Numbered from the stretch's first letter, positions 9,401-16,442 are shown. The stretch: DNA of 24,000 bases from Weeksellaceae bacterium (GCA_019459455.1 JAIBEX010000021.1:197576-221575), one strand, 5' to 3'. Notes: generated by a model from the sequence alone, not told the origin. A program made the numbers and translations.

Positions 9401-10013
9401 CGCAATGGATGCGCTCCTGGAGCATCCCGGAGTGGATGCGCGAAGGATGGCGCTCATCGGCCAGTCTTTCGGAGGCTATGAAACCAACTTCATTGCCACC
9501 CGGTCAAATCGTTTTGTTGCTTATATCTCCGGCACCGCGCACGCTGATCTCGTACATACTTATCATTCGTTCAATTACAATTACCTTAAGCCCACCTTTT
9601 GGCGTCATGAAACTCAGCAGGTCCGCATGGGGGTCCCCTTTGCTGCCAATAAGCAGAAATACATTGCCAACAGTCCGCTCTACCATGCCGAAAAGATACA
9701 GGCTCCCATGTTGCTTTGGACCGGTTTGGAAGACCGAAATGTGGATTGGGAAGATACCCGAAGCTTTTATAACGCCCTGCGCAGAAACGACAAAAAAGTG
9801 ATTGCCCTGTTCTATAAGAACAATGGCCACGGCATGGAGCACGAGGATGCCATGATGGACCTAAGTAAACGCATCCTGGACTGGCTGGATTATTTCCTGA
9901 AGGGAATCCCCTCCGAATGGATAGGGAAGGAGATGGAGCAAGATAGTGGTCCGGAAGTGTTAACCGGCGGACCACGAATCAAAATGCAGATCTTGGATTC
10001 CACCACTTTATAA
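6450..10013 (+). CDS. Secreted S9 (prolyl oligopeptidase/DPP-type) serine peptidase: N-terminal propeller-like region plus two tandem alpha/beta-hydrolase catalytic domains
   Basis: It starts with a signal peptide (MKQPTIKLLLLHLLLLSAILDAQ). Two copies of the catalytic domain are present. Each has the nucleophile elbow GQSFGG (8481..8498 and 9459..9476), the acid motif GLEDRNVD and the His motif NNGHGM. Confidence 0.9.
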   Translation: MKQPTIKLLLLHLLLLSAILDAQDRHENELAGIIARTEIPGHLKGAPGGRWVAWRKTYDTRNDTLRIQNTLKPARFFHRLHIRDYGFMRGDELWLLGKDGQAEWLNMDTGKAVRYSGVAAVQYLSARDLLLLHHTPDAGNRMVILDRKGRPVCTVEDVVRFTVTPEDTVLAVTGPKGGPYRVVKTAGTGPVQEVFRTDKEVTTTLSPAGAQGVLAIVADAGTRDAVFVESATGKVHRLSALVPGPFKSVVPELPAGGEGFLLKLISSAPPKQTELPDIWYGSDRNLQQKFYPDRTQTVIWHPARNTVDDFGGYRFSRSFGVNSGRYFLSFDETALQDYTELYPPLKMYRYDAVTGSHAVMDTISRELFADPNGKWLLAPVAGRIPVADYRDPKVARWHLYETAGGRKTVLNSAGLGAPYFTGSGTILFDGDGGIRSYLPAQNKLQMMAPFEGCRVKILNGTATALLQPFRFFTPAVNEDQPLLLEVTEKETGRVMFALRHRGITTVIVPFTADRITHFTPDAGLERFTWIRENHNKPPAVETATRSGKVRLLYASNANRRQEAALHLELTTYKGISGGNLKGLLYRPAHYEAGKKYPVVVHIYENQSRYANRFIAPTLKEFVGFNIRTLTEKGYFVYLPDIDYGEAGPGLSALHCVNRAVDALLENPAVDAGRIALIGQSFGGYETNFIATRSGRFATYISGNAPADLVHNYHAFSYNYFKPGFWRYETQQFRMGVSFAAGKQKYIANSPLHHAEKVQSPMLLWTGLEDRNVDWEETRTFYNALKRNDKKVIALFYKNNGHGMQHEDAMMDLSKRILDWLDYFLKGIPAEWIGKEMESRPVAHLTPDAAPESPAWIRENHNLPPAVETVTRSGRVRVPQAGNAHLRQEVALHLELTAYKGVSGGNLKGLLYRPAHYETGKKYPAVVHIYEDQSRFANRFIAPTLKEPLGFNIRTLTEKGYFVYLPDIDYGDEGPGLSALHCVNRAMDALLEHPGVDARRMALIGQSFGGYETNFIATRSNRFVAYISGTAHADLVHTYHSFNYNYLKPTFWRHETQQVRMGVPFAANKQKYIANSPLYHAEKIQAPMLLWTGLEDRNVDWEDTRSFYNALRRNDKKVIALFYKNNGHGMEHEDAMMDLSKRILDWLDYFLKGIPSEWIGKEMEQDSGPEVLTGGPRIKMQILDSTTL
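7998..9938 (+). repeat. In-frame tandem duplication inside the peptidase gene (unit 978 bp = 326 codons; copy 1 is 7998..8960, copy 2 is 8976..9938)
   Basis: Three checkpoints give an identical 978-bp offset: HFTPDA/HLTPDA at 7998/8976, GQSFGG at 8481/9459, and GKEME at 8946/9924. The copies are clearly diverged, with many synonymous differences, and I saw no indels between the checkpoints. Confidence 0.9.
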
Positions 10014-10170
10014 AAAATCAGCGGACTCCCTTGTGGCATAAAATGCCAGCCGGCTCCCTTTAGGGTAGGGGTAAAACGGCTGGAATTTTATTCCTTCCTC
10101 TTTGTACTGTCTGCTACTTAAATATCGGTGTAAGGGAGTTAGGGCAATTTGGGTGCACAATTCTCCAAAA

Positions 10171-10418
10171 GAAAACACGAACCTTTGCCCCGACCCTAAA
10201 GGGTGGTTTCGTGTTTTCTTACCACATTTCTCAAAAAAAATCAGCGGACTCCCTTCAGGGTTAGGGGTAAAACCGCTGATTTTTTTCTTTAAGCGTCTGA
10301 GATAAAGTCTGCCCAAAACTGCTTAATAACCCCAATCCTTATGAAAAATTCCAACCGACTCCCTTTTTATGCTGAGCCTGTCGAAGTAAGGTCTTGGGGT
10401 AAAACGGCTCGAATTTTT
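10171..10418. repeat. Left copy of a roughly 245-bp composite direct repeat built from three hairpin modules
   Basis: It aligns by eye to 10877..11121 with an offset of about 706-709 bp. The modules are GAAAACACGAAcc-[CCCCGACCCTAAAGGG]-ggTTTCGTGTTTTC, then AAAAATCAGCGG-[ACTCCCTTCAGGGTTAGGGGTAAAA]-CCGCTGATTTTT, then TTCCAACCG-[...GCTGAGCCTGTCGAAG...GGGGTAAAA]-CGGCTCGAA. Confidence 0.85.
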
Positions 10419-10422
10419 GACT

Positions 10423-10821
10423 TTACATTTCCAGTTCCTCTATTTTAAGGCTTATCAGTTCAAGTACACAAGCTATATTTTCCTCTACTTCCTTATTGGT
10501 GAATCTGATAACTGCACAGCCTTGTTCCTCAAGGGTTTTTGTCCGATCTGTATCGTGCAGTATCTGGTTATCATTGTCGTGATACTCCCCGTCAATTTCA
10601 ATGATGAGGCTGTACTTATGACAATAAAAATCTGCAATATAAAGGTGGATGGGATGCTGCCTTCTGAACTTTAATCCTTTGAACTGCCTGTTTCTCAATT
10701 TTTCCCAAAGCATTTTTTCACACTTCGTAAGCGGATGCCGTAGCTTTACTGCTTTTATAAATCCCTCATTTGGTGCCCCCTTCCACATGCCATTATCATG
10801 ATTAGGTTTTATGGTATCCAC
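10423..10821 (-). CDS. DUF559 / Vsr-like endonuclease-domain protein
   Basis: The sequence PLTKCEKMLWEKLRNRQFKGLKFRRQHPIHLYIADFYCHKYSLIIEIDGEYHDNDNQILHDTDRTKTLEEQGCAVIRFTNKEV fits the DUF559 pattern (R.Q..i..yivDFyc......iE.DG..H........D..R...L...G..vlRf.n..v). The gene is AT-rich relative to the flanks. Confidence 0.85.
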   Translation of the reverse strand: MDTIKPNHDNGMWKGAPNEGFIKAVKLRHPLTKCEKMLWEKLRNRQFKGLKFRRQHPIHLYIADFYCHKYSLIIEIDGEYHDNDNQILHDTDRTKTLEEQGCAVIRFTNKEVEENIACVLELISLKIEELEM

Positions 10822-10876
10822 TGTGTATTTTTTTAAATTAAGGATAAATTAAGTTCACGTTCATTCAGTGGTACTT

Positions 10877-11121
10877 AGAAAATCCGAATCCATGACCCCG
10901 ACCCTAAAGGGGGAGATCCGGATTTTCTTACCGCGTTTCAAAAAAATCAGTGGACTCCCTTTAGGACTCGGGGTAAAACCGCTGATTTTTTTTTAAGCGT
11001 CTGAGATAACGTCTGCCCAAAACTTCTTACAAACATCAATCCTTATGAAAAATTCCAGCCGGCTCCCTTTTTATGCTGAGCCTGTCGAAGTAAGGGGCAG
11101 GGGTAAAACGGTTGGAATTTT
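10877..11121. repeat. Right copy of the roughly 245-bp composite direct repeat
   Basis: It has the same three hairpin modules in the same order as 10171..10418. Additional partial modules lie at 10013..10089 and 11122..11158. Confidence 0.85.
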
Positions 11122-11183
11122 CGCCCCTGGGCTCGGGCTAAAAACCGCTGATTTTTTCTTTATCCTCCCAGCCAACCACCATT

Positions 11184-11216
11184 AAAAAAGGGCTGCTTCC
11201 GTAAAGAAGCAGCCCC
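11184..11216 (-). terminator. Rho-independent terminator of the minus-strand operon
   Basis: A perfect 10-bp stem (GGGCTGCTTC / GAAGCAGCCC, 11190..11199 and 11206..11215) with a 6-nt loop. On the minus strand it is followed by TTTTTT, and it lies 6 nt after the stop codon at 11222. Confidence 0.85.
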
Positions 11217-11221
11217 TTTCT

Positions 11222-11491
11222 CTAGTTTATCCTGCTGAGCTGCAGACCGCACATCGTCTCATTCACAAACTGGTACAGGTTGTGCGTCGTAACACCGTCG
11301 TCCCACGTACATGCCGGGCCTTCAGTCGTTGAGCAGTCCACCGGTGTTTCTATACACTTCACTCCGGGAGCTGCCGGGTCATAACGGAAGCCCTGTACAA
11401 TAGTGGCATTTTTTTCTTTCGCCACGCCTGTTGCAAATGCACTTCCTGCGCCGATTAGAATAACGGCTGCAGGTAAAATGAATCTTTTCAT
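11222..11491 (-). CDS. Small secreted 4-Cys protein (resembles the Bacteroidota DUF6520-type family; this is from recollection only)
   Basis: It has a signal peptide (MKRFILPAAVILIGAGSAFA). The mature part is about 69 aa with four Cys (VKCIETPVDCSTTEGPACTW...ETMCGL). It starts 24 nt downstream of the MauE/DoxX gene and ends at the terminator. Confidence 0.75.
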   Translation of the reverse strand: MKRFILPAAVILIGAGSAFATGVAKEKNATIVQGFRYDPAAPGVKCIETPVDCSTTEGPACTWDDGVTTHNLYQFVNETMCGLQLSRIN

Positions 11492-11515
11492 CTTTTTAAA
11501 AATTTAAAATGGTGC

Positions 11516-13027
11516 CTACTCTCTTGAAGGTTTTCGGCTTCCCCTGCTTTTAAAATACCGGGTAAGGTTCTGCGCAAAACGGTACCGGATAAGTTCACTG
11601 CCGGCCAGAACGAACAGATGTTCGTCCGTCGCCAGAAATTGTATTCGTTTAATATTTTCGGGTCGGCTGAGGTAAAAACTGCCGGTGTAACGTTGCTCTT
11701 CGGTGCTGTACACATCAATTACTGCGGCGCGTTTCCGGAGGGTTTTGTCTTCATGCAGCCCTGGCCGGTCGGATTCGATAAAGATCAGGCCCCCGTATGC
11801 CGATGCTTTTTTGTTCACGGTAACCGGAGGTGCGTTCATTTGTTCAGCCCCGGACGGAAGGCGTACCGACTTCACACGCTTCACACTGGCCGTATCAATG
11901 GTGTGATAGTTCGCGTACTTCCGCATCCCGTAATCGGTTCCCAGAAATTCATTCCGGTAGTAGTACAGGTAGAACAGCTTTTCCGTGGCGGGGTCCTGAA
12001 GCAACTGCCCGTCTGCACCGAATATACCGTCCTTACCATGCTTCAGAAGCTGCTCATTTAATTCAAGCGGCGGCTCTGCCTGCGGCTTCAGAAGTCCAAG
12101 TACATGGCTCCTCGTTTTGCTGCTTTGGGCACGGATACCGAAACTTAGTGAATCAATAACTTCAAGCTGGTCGAAATACGCCTGCTTATGACTCAGCGTC
12201 TTGGCTTCGGCCTGTCCCAGTTCGCCGGAATAGATAACCGGCACACTGCCGTCGTAAGCATAAAACCGGTTCCCGCTTACTGCAAGCCGTACCGACCGGA
12301 ACAGGTAGGGGCTGTGGTCAGGCTTGATCTTCATCTCCTGCAGCACAGTCAGTGCAAAGTCAGCGGAAGTCAGAAGGAATGGCGTTCCGGTGTTTCCCAG
12401 CCAAACCTGATCCTGTGCTGTTCCGGCAAAATAGTAGGCATCACCCGGCAGGGTCAGACGCTTTTCTTCTGTCACAGGGTGGGGAATATACCGCCTGGTA
12501 AAGTTGTTCTCCTTTTTAATAATATGTTCTGAGGAAAGGAACAGACCAACCATGATTCCCGCGGCGGTCACAAACAGGACGCCCAGATGAAGCCGTTTTC
12601 TGCGGCCCGTAATATGGTTTCCCGTTGCAATCCATATCCCTGTCGCCCCAAGTATCACACAGACAAGGTTGAATATAAGATGCTCCGTCCATCCGAGATC
12701 TTCCAGAATGCCTCCGCAGGAGCACGGCACAAAATCACTGAAATGAAGAATAAGGTAAATATAGACGGTGAACGCTACCATAAGGCCGGTCGCCAGATAA
12801 AGGGATAGGGTTTTAGTCCGCTCGAAGCAAAACAGCAGTACGGTAATAAGCTCGGCACCGATAACTCCGTACGATACAGCTTCTGCGTATGCACTTAGTA
12901 ACGGCGACTGTGCCAGTTGTACCTGAAACTCTTCAAATTCCAGCACTTTGCTTAAAGCGGCGTAAGTAAACAGCAGCATAAAGAAGAAGCAGATCGCCCG
13001 TACAGTATTTGATTTTATATTTTTCAT
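11516..13027 (-). CDS. MauE/DoxX-type redox-associated membrane domain fused to a roughly 330-aa C-terminal domain of unknown function
   Basis: The N-terminal ~150 aa has 4-5 predicted TM helices and the motif FVPCSCGGILEDLGW, which is characteristic of MauE/DoxX-like proteins. The rest is beta-rich with no motif I recognise. Confidence 0.85.
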   Translation of the reverse strand: MKNIKSNTVRAICFFFMLLFTYAALSKVLEFEEFQVQLAQSPLLSAYAEAVSYGVIGAELITVLLFCFERTKTLSLYLATGLMVAFTVYIYLILHFSDFVPCSCGGILEDLGWTEHLIFNLVCVILGATGIWIATGNHITGRRKRLHLGVLFVTAAGIMVGLFLSSEHIIKKENNFTRRYIPHPVTEEKRLTLPGDAYYFAGTAQDQVWLGNTGTPFLLTSADFALTVLQEMKIKPDHSPYLFRSVRLAVSGNRFYAYDGSVPVIYSGELGQAEAKTLSHKQAYFDQLEVIDSLSFGIRAQSSKTRSHVLGLLKPQAEPPLELNEQLLKHGKDGIFGADGQLLQDPATEKLFYLYYYRNEFLGTDYGMRKYANYHTIDTASVKRVKSVRLPSGAEQMNAPPVTVNKKASAYGGLIFIESDRPGLHEDKTLRKRAAVIDVYSTEEQRYTGSFYLSRPENIKRIQFLATDEHLFVLAGSELIRYRFAQNLTRYFKSRGSRKPSRE

Positions 13028-13122
13028 CAGTTTGATTTTATACAGTGTATCACATCTGGTTCACTCAGGGGCAGGTTTTCGCAGATCACCGCCCCCGATA
13101 CCTCTCTGTAATGGCGGCCCCG

Positions 13123-13302
13123 CTATCCGGGCCTGATAAGTCTCCACCGGACTTTTTTACCGCAGTAGTCCGGCATGATCTGGTTTTTAGCCAGTACGGC
13201 ACTCGTCGTAAGTGCTCCCGTTATTTCCCATTCTCCGGATTCCGGACAGAGGGTACCGCTTGCTGCGGTTTTGGTTATCGGTAGTTCTGGTGTCTTTTTC
13301 AT
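13123..13302 (-). CDS. Hypothetical 59-aa protein with two Cys; below the track threshold
   Basis: My own translation: MKKTPELPITKTAASGTLCPESGEWEITGALTTSAVLAKNQIMPDYCGKKVRWRLIRPG*. It fills the otherwise empty gap between 13330 and 13027 on the operon strand. All plus-strand track ORFs here look spurious. Confidence 0.35.
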   Translation of the reverse strand: MKKTPELPITKTAASGTLCPESGEWEITGALTTSAVLAKNQIMPDYCGKKVRWRLIRPG

Positions 13303-13329
13303 GGGATTGGAGTTTCTTTCTGGTTTTCA

Positions 13330-13581
13330 TTATGGTACAGTTCGCCACTGCTGCCTGTCTTTTGTTGGCTCGTCATCTTCGTCACCGGTGTCGCCCGGTT
13401 CGGAATAAGCGGACCCTTGTGTGGAATCGCTTACTTTTTTATATTCCTGCCCTGCATTTTTCGGCAGGGCTTTCATCTCAGCTGCCACGGCTGGTTCTGG
13501 CAGTGGATGGTCAGTCTCCGGTCGGCAAGAGACGGCAAATAAGAGGATCATTAAGGTCGGAATGGTGAGATACTTTTTCAT
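13330..13581 (-). CDS. Small acidic lipoprotein (83 aa)
   Basis: It has a signal peptide with a lipobox (MKKYLTIPTLMILLFAVSC). The mature part is disordered and acidic (GDTGDEDDEPTKDRQQWRTVP). It is the first gene of the minus-strand operon and is divergent from the AraC-type regulator. Confidence 0.7.
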   Translation of the reverse strand: MKKYLTIPTLMILLFAVSCRPETDHPLPEPAVAAEMKALPKNAGQEYKKVSDSTQGSAYSEPGDTGDEDDEPTKDRQQWRTVP

Positions 13582-13822
13582 TTTGTTTAATTTTTAAAAG
13601 TGATCCCGCGCGGTTTTTTGTGATAGAATTCTGACCCGAAATTAGCCGCTCTGCTGCCGCAAAAAAAGCCTCTTACGGGCCGGTGTATGCACAGGCCCGT
13701 CCCAATGTATCCATTGGATCATATATAATGATTTGTCAGTCAGATAGTTAAATGGATTTGTCCTCAACGGCATGCATTGTAGAAAACAGAGGGTGATTTT
13801 AAATCTTTTTAGGTAAATTTGA

Positions 13823-15559
13823 ATGCTGCACCACTCTTTTTCGACCGTAGAAATGTTTAAAATTGGATGGATTGTCTGTTTTGCTCTTGCCTGCGTTTCT
13901 GCTCGTGGTCAGAAACGCACCGATATTCCTTATAAACAGTTTCAGGAAATCTATGACCGCTATCCGGAAAACGATGTACGCGGGCTGCCTTTTGTTCAGA
14001 TGCACATCGGGCAGGCCATAAAAGACAGCCGCCCCAAGCAGCTGCTCATTGCGTATGAAAATGCGGTTTTCTTTTCTACCGGCAGGCAGGACAAACTCAG
14101 GTATGCAGACAGTGCTGTTGCGGTAGCCCATAACCTGAAGGACAGCAGCCGGATAAGCAGGGCCTATTTGGGAAAGGGCATTGTCTATTATTTCAGTTTT
14201 CGCAGGTATAAGTCCGCACTCAATGAATATCTGAAGGCATACGATTATTCCGGTTCTGACCGCGGGTCCTACCTGCACCACAAGATCCGGTATCATTTGG
14301 GTGAGGTAAAAAGCTACCTTGGCCATTGTGAAGAGGCTTTGGAGCATTTTGAAAACTGCCTCCCGTACTTTCAGAAGAACATCGCAGCCGGCAACCATCC
14401 GAACGAAATCTACAACAGCACGCGCGGCTATCTGAACACCCTCCATCAGATGATTGTCTGCAACCAGAGACTGCGTTTGTGGGCCAGGGCCGATTCCCTG
14501 ACCGCCACAGCGGCGGCAGCAGTAAACCGGCTGCACGGATTTGAGCAGGAAAAGGGATACGTCTATAAGTGCCTGGGACGTTCTGCGTTCCGGAAAGGGA
14601 ACTACCGCTCCGCCATTGCATTGCTCCGAACATCCAACAGGCTGCTGGCGCGGGCGGATGATTTTACGTGGACTGCGCTGAATGATTTCTACATCGGTAA
14701 ATCCCATCTGCACATGAAGCAGACGGCGAAAGCAGTGGCCTGCTTTCAAAAAGTGGATTCCTCCTTCATTAAACACAGGTTCCTGCTTCCCGAATTGCGG
14801 GAAAACTACGAACTGCTCATTACACATTACAGGAAAGCAGGGCGGCAGGACCGCGAACTTTATTACACACAGCAGTTACTGAAGGTGGACGCCTTCCTGG
14901 CAGAAGATTTTGATTACGTCATGACGCGCATGCACAAAGAATATGATACCCGGACGCTTCGGGCAGATAAAGTGAGGCTCGAAAAAGCGTCTCAAACCCA
15001 GTCACGGATGATCACCCTGCTTGCAGTTACCGCCGCGCTCCTGTTATTGTTCCTGGTGTACCGGTACCACAGGGCGAGGCGGGTACATCACAAGTACCTG
15101 CAGCTCCTTGCAAAGCTGGAGGCTCTTCAGAATAAAGGGGGAACGCCTGGCACCCCTGCGGGAACCGTGGGACGGAAGTATGAATACCGTGATGAAATTA
15201 CGCAGGAACTTTTGGAAAAACTCCGCATATTTGAAGAAAAGAAAGGTTTTACAGCAAAAGGCCTGACCCTCCGCAAACTTGCCAGCAAATTGGATACGAA
15301 TGGTACCCACTTATCCTACGTGATTAACGGGTATAAAGGGATGAACTTCAATACCTACCTTAAACACCTGCGGATCAATTATATTACCCAGTTGCTGTAC
15401 AGTGACAGGAAGTACCTGAACTACACCATGGATGGCCTGGCCGCAGAATGTGGTATTGCCTCCCGCCAGAACTTTTCGGATCATTTTTATGAGATCAACG
15501 GTTTGCGGCCACGGGAATTCATTGAGAAGTACAGAAAGGAGAACCGGCCCGGTGTGTAG
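13823..15559 (+). CDS. Membrane-anchored TPR-containing AraC-family transcriptional regulator (one-component sensor)
   Basis: There is an N-terminal signal/anchor (an alternative start is MFKIGWIVCFALACVSARGQ at 13853). This is followed by about 380 aa of TPR-like repeats, a TM helix (ITLLAVTAALLLLFLVY) and a C-terminal AraC HTH (LTLRKLASKLDTNGTHLSYVING...GIASRQNFSDHFYEINGLRPREF). Confidence 0.9.
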   Translation: MLHHSFSTVEMFKIGWIVCFALACVSARGQKRTDIPYKQFQEIYDRYPENDVRGLPFVQMHIGQAIKDSRPKQLLIAYENAVFFSTGRQDKLRYADSAVAVAHNLKDSSRISRAYLGKGIVYYFSFRRYKSALNEYLKAYDYSGSDRGSYLHHKIRYHLGEVKSYLGHCEEALEHFENCLPYFQKNIAAGNHPNEIYNSTRGYLNTLHQMIVCNQRLRLWARADSLTATAAAAVNRLHGFEQEKGYVYKCLGRSAFRKGNYRSAIALLRTSNRLLARADDFTWTALNDFYIGKSHLHMKQTAKAVACFQKVDSSFIKHRFLLPELRENYELLITHYRKAGRQDRELYYTQQLLKVDAFLAEDFDYVMTRMHKEYDTRTLRADKVRLEKASQTQSRMITLLAVTAALLLLFLVYRYHRARRVHHKYLQLLAKLEALQNKGGTPGTPAGTVGRKYEYRDEITQELLEKLRIFEEKKGFTAKGLTLRKLASKLDTNGTHLSYVINGYKGMNFNTYLKHLRINYITQLLYSDRKYLNYTMDGLAAECGIASRQNFSDHFYEINGLRPREFIEKYRKENRPGV

Positions 15560-15593
15560 GAACGCAGTATTATTAAGAATAAGCGCTAAAATT

Positions 15594-16442
15594 ATGAATT
15601 CAAAACTGCTTTTCAGTAAATGCGACGCTCTATGGAAACAGCTGAATGAGAACACGGACCGGCTGCGGCGGGAGCACAGTGACTTTTTTGATTTTGCGGA
15701 AGGGGTATTGGCGGAAACGGACGAAGCGGTGCGGCAGCTTAAAGCGTGGATCACTACACATGAATTCGGCTGTTGGCAGGAGGAGGTGACCTTCTTCAGG
15801 GAGATAAAGCCCAGATTTGTTTCCCGCTTTATCTATTTTTCCCGCATCCTTTCGGTGGAGGCTTCTGTACCCTCCACAGGCGCGAAGGAACTGAGAAAAT
15901 ACTATGAAAAAGAACTGAATGCACTCGACTATTTTTCCTCGGAAAACCGGGATTTCATTAATTATTACCGTAGGAAAGCCACCTACCTGGACCTGAAGTA
16001 TTTTGTCCGCTTCCGTTACGATCTGAAAGTAAAACTTGCCCCCGATCTTCACAGCTATGATGAGAAATTCTCGACATCACATGATCTGACTGTTGCACAC
16101 ATTCTGGCTAATGATGAACTGGAAATCTATCTGCGCGGAAAAATAAGAAACACGGAAAAAACTTCGGTGGAAGAAGCCGCTCCCTCAAGACCGCTTCACT
16201 GGTCCGCCTCCAAAACGGCGCTTGTGGAACTTTTGGTTGCGCTGCACCACGCCAGGTGCTTCAATGGCGGCAATACCGAATTCTCCGAAATCGTCCGGTG
16301 GGCGGAGCGCTCCCTGGACATTGACCTGGGGCACTACCATAAAACCATTGGCGAAATCCGGAACAGAAAGATCGAACGCACGAAATTTCTCAAAATGTTG
16401 AATGAAGGTCTGACGCAAATGTTTGAGGAACTCGATGAATAG
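15594..16442 (+). CDS. rteC: RteC-domain protein (an excision-regulator family from Bacteroides conjugative transposons)
   Basis: Track ORF 15432..16442 overlaps the previous gene, so I prefer the start MNSKLLFSK at 15594. RteC-like motifs are present: EVTFFREIKPRF, YYEKELNALDYF, FINYYRRKATYLDLKYFVR, FSTSHDLTVAHILAND, LHWSASKTALVELLVALH, and IRNRKIERTKFL. Confidence 0.88.
   Translation: MNSKLLFSKCDALWKQLNENTDRLRREHSDFFDFAEGVLAETDEAVRQLKAWITTHEFGCWQEEVTFFREIKPRFVSRFIYFSRILSVEASVPSTGAKELRKYYEKELNALDYFSSENRDFINYYRRKATYLDLKYFVRFRYDLKVKLAPDLHSYDEKFSTSHDLTVAHILANDELEIYLRGKIRNTEKTSVEEAAPSRPLHWSASKTALVELLVALHHARCFNGGNTEFSEIVRWAERSLDIDLGHYHKTIGEIRNRKIERTKFLKMLNEGLTQMFEELDE

Noticed and set aside
10008-10316. 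ORFs 10008..10316(-), 10102..10305(+) and 10417..10674(+) in the repeat block
   Set aside because: They are translations of the hairpin repeats, or antisense to the DUF559 gene. Because the repeats are palindromic, similar peptides appear on both strands.
13590-13630. T-run-GTGAT pair (20-bp spacing) as an operator equivalent to the 22460..22498 repeat
   Set aside because: It is only loosely similar, it has the opposite orientation relative to the lipoprotein gene, and it sits very close to the start codon. I kept it as a remark only, not as a feature.
13674-13699. 7-bp-stem hairpin ACGGGCC-N12-GGCCCGT as a terminator
   Set aside because: On the minus strand a T-run follows only after a 7-nt gap, and no upstream minus-strand gene needs terminating there. 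On the plus strand there is no T-run. Its function is undetermined.
13799-14827. 342-aa minus-strand ORF opposite the first AraC-type regulator
   Set aside because: The plus-strand frame has a coherent signal, TPR, TM and HTH architecture across 578 aa. The antisense frame has none.
15432-15593. N-terminal extension of the RteC ORF (track start 15432)
   Set aside because: It would overlap the last 128 nt of the AraC-type gene, and its translation is unlike RteC. The ATG at 15594 gives a full-length RteC-like protein 35 nt after the upstream stop codon.
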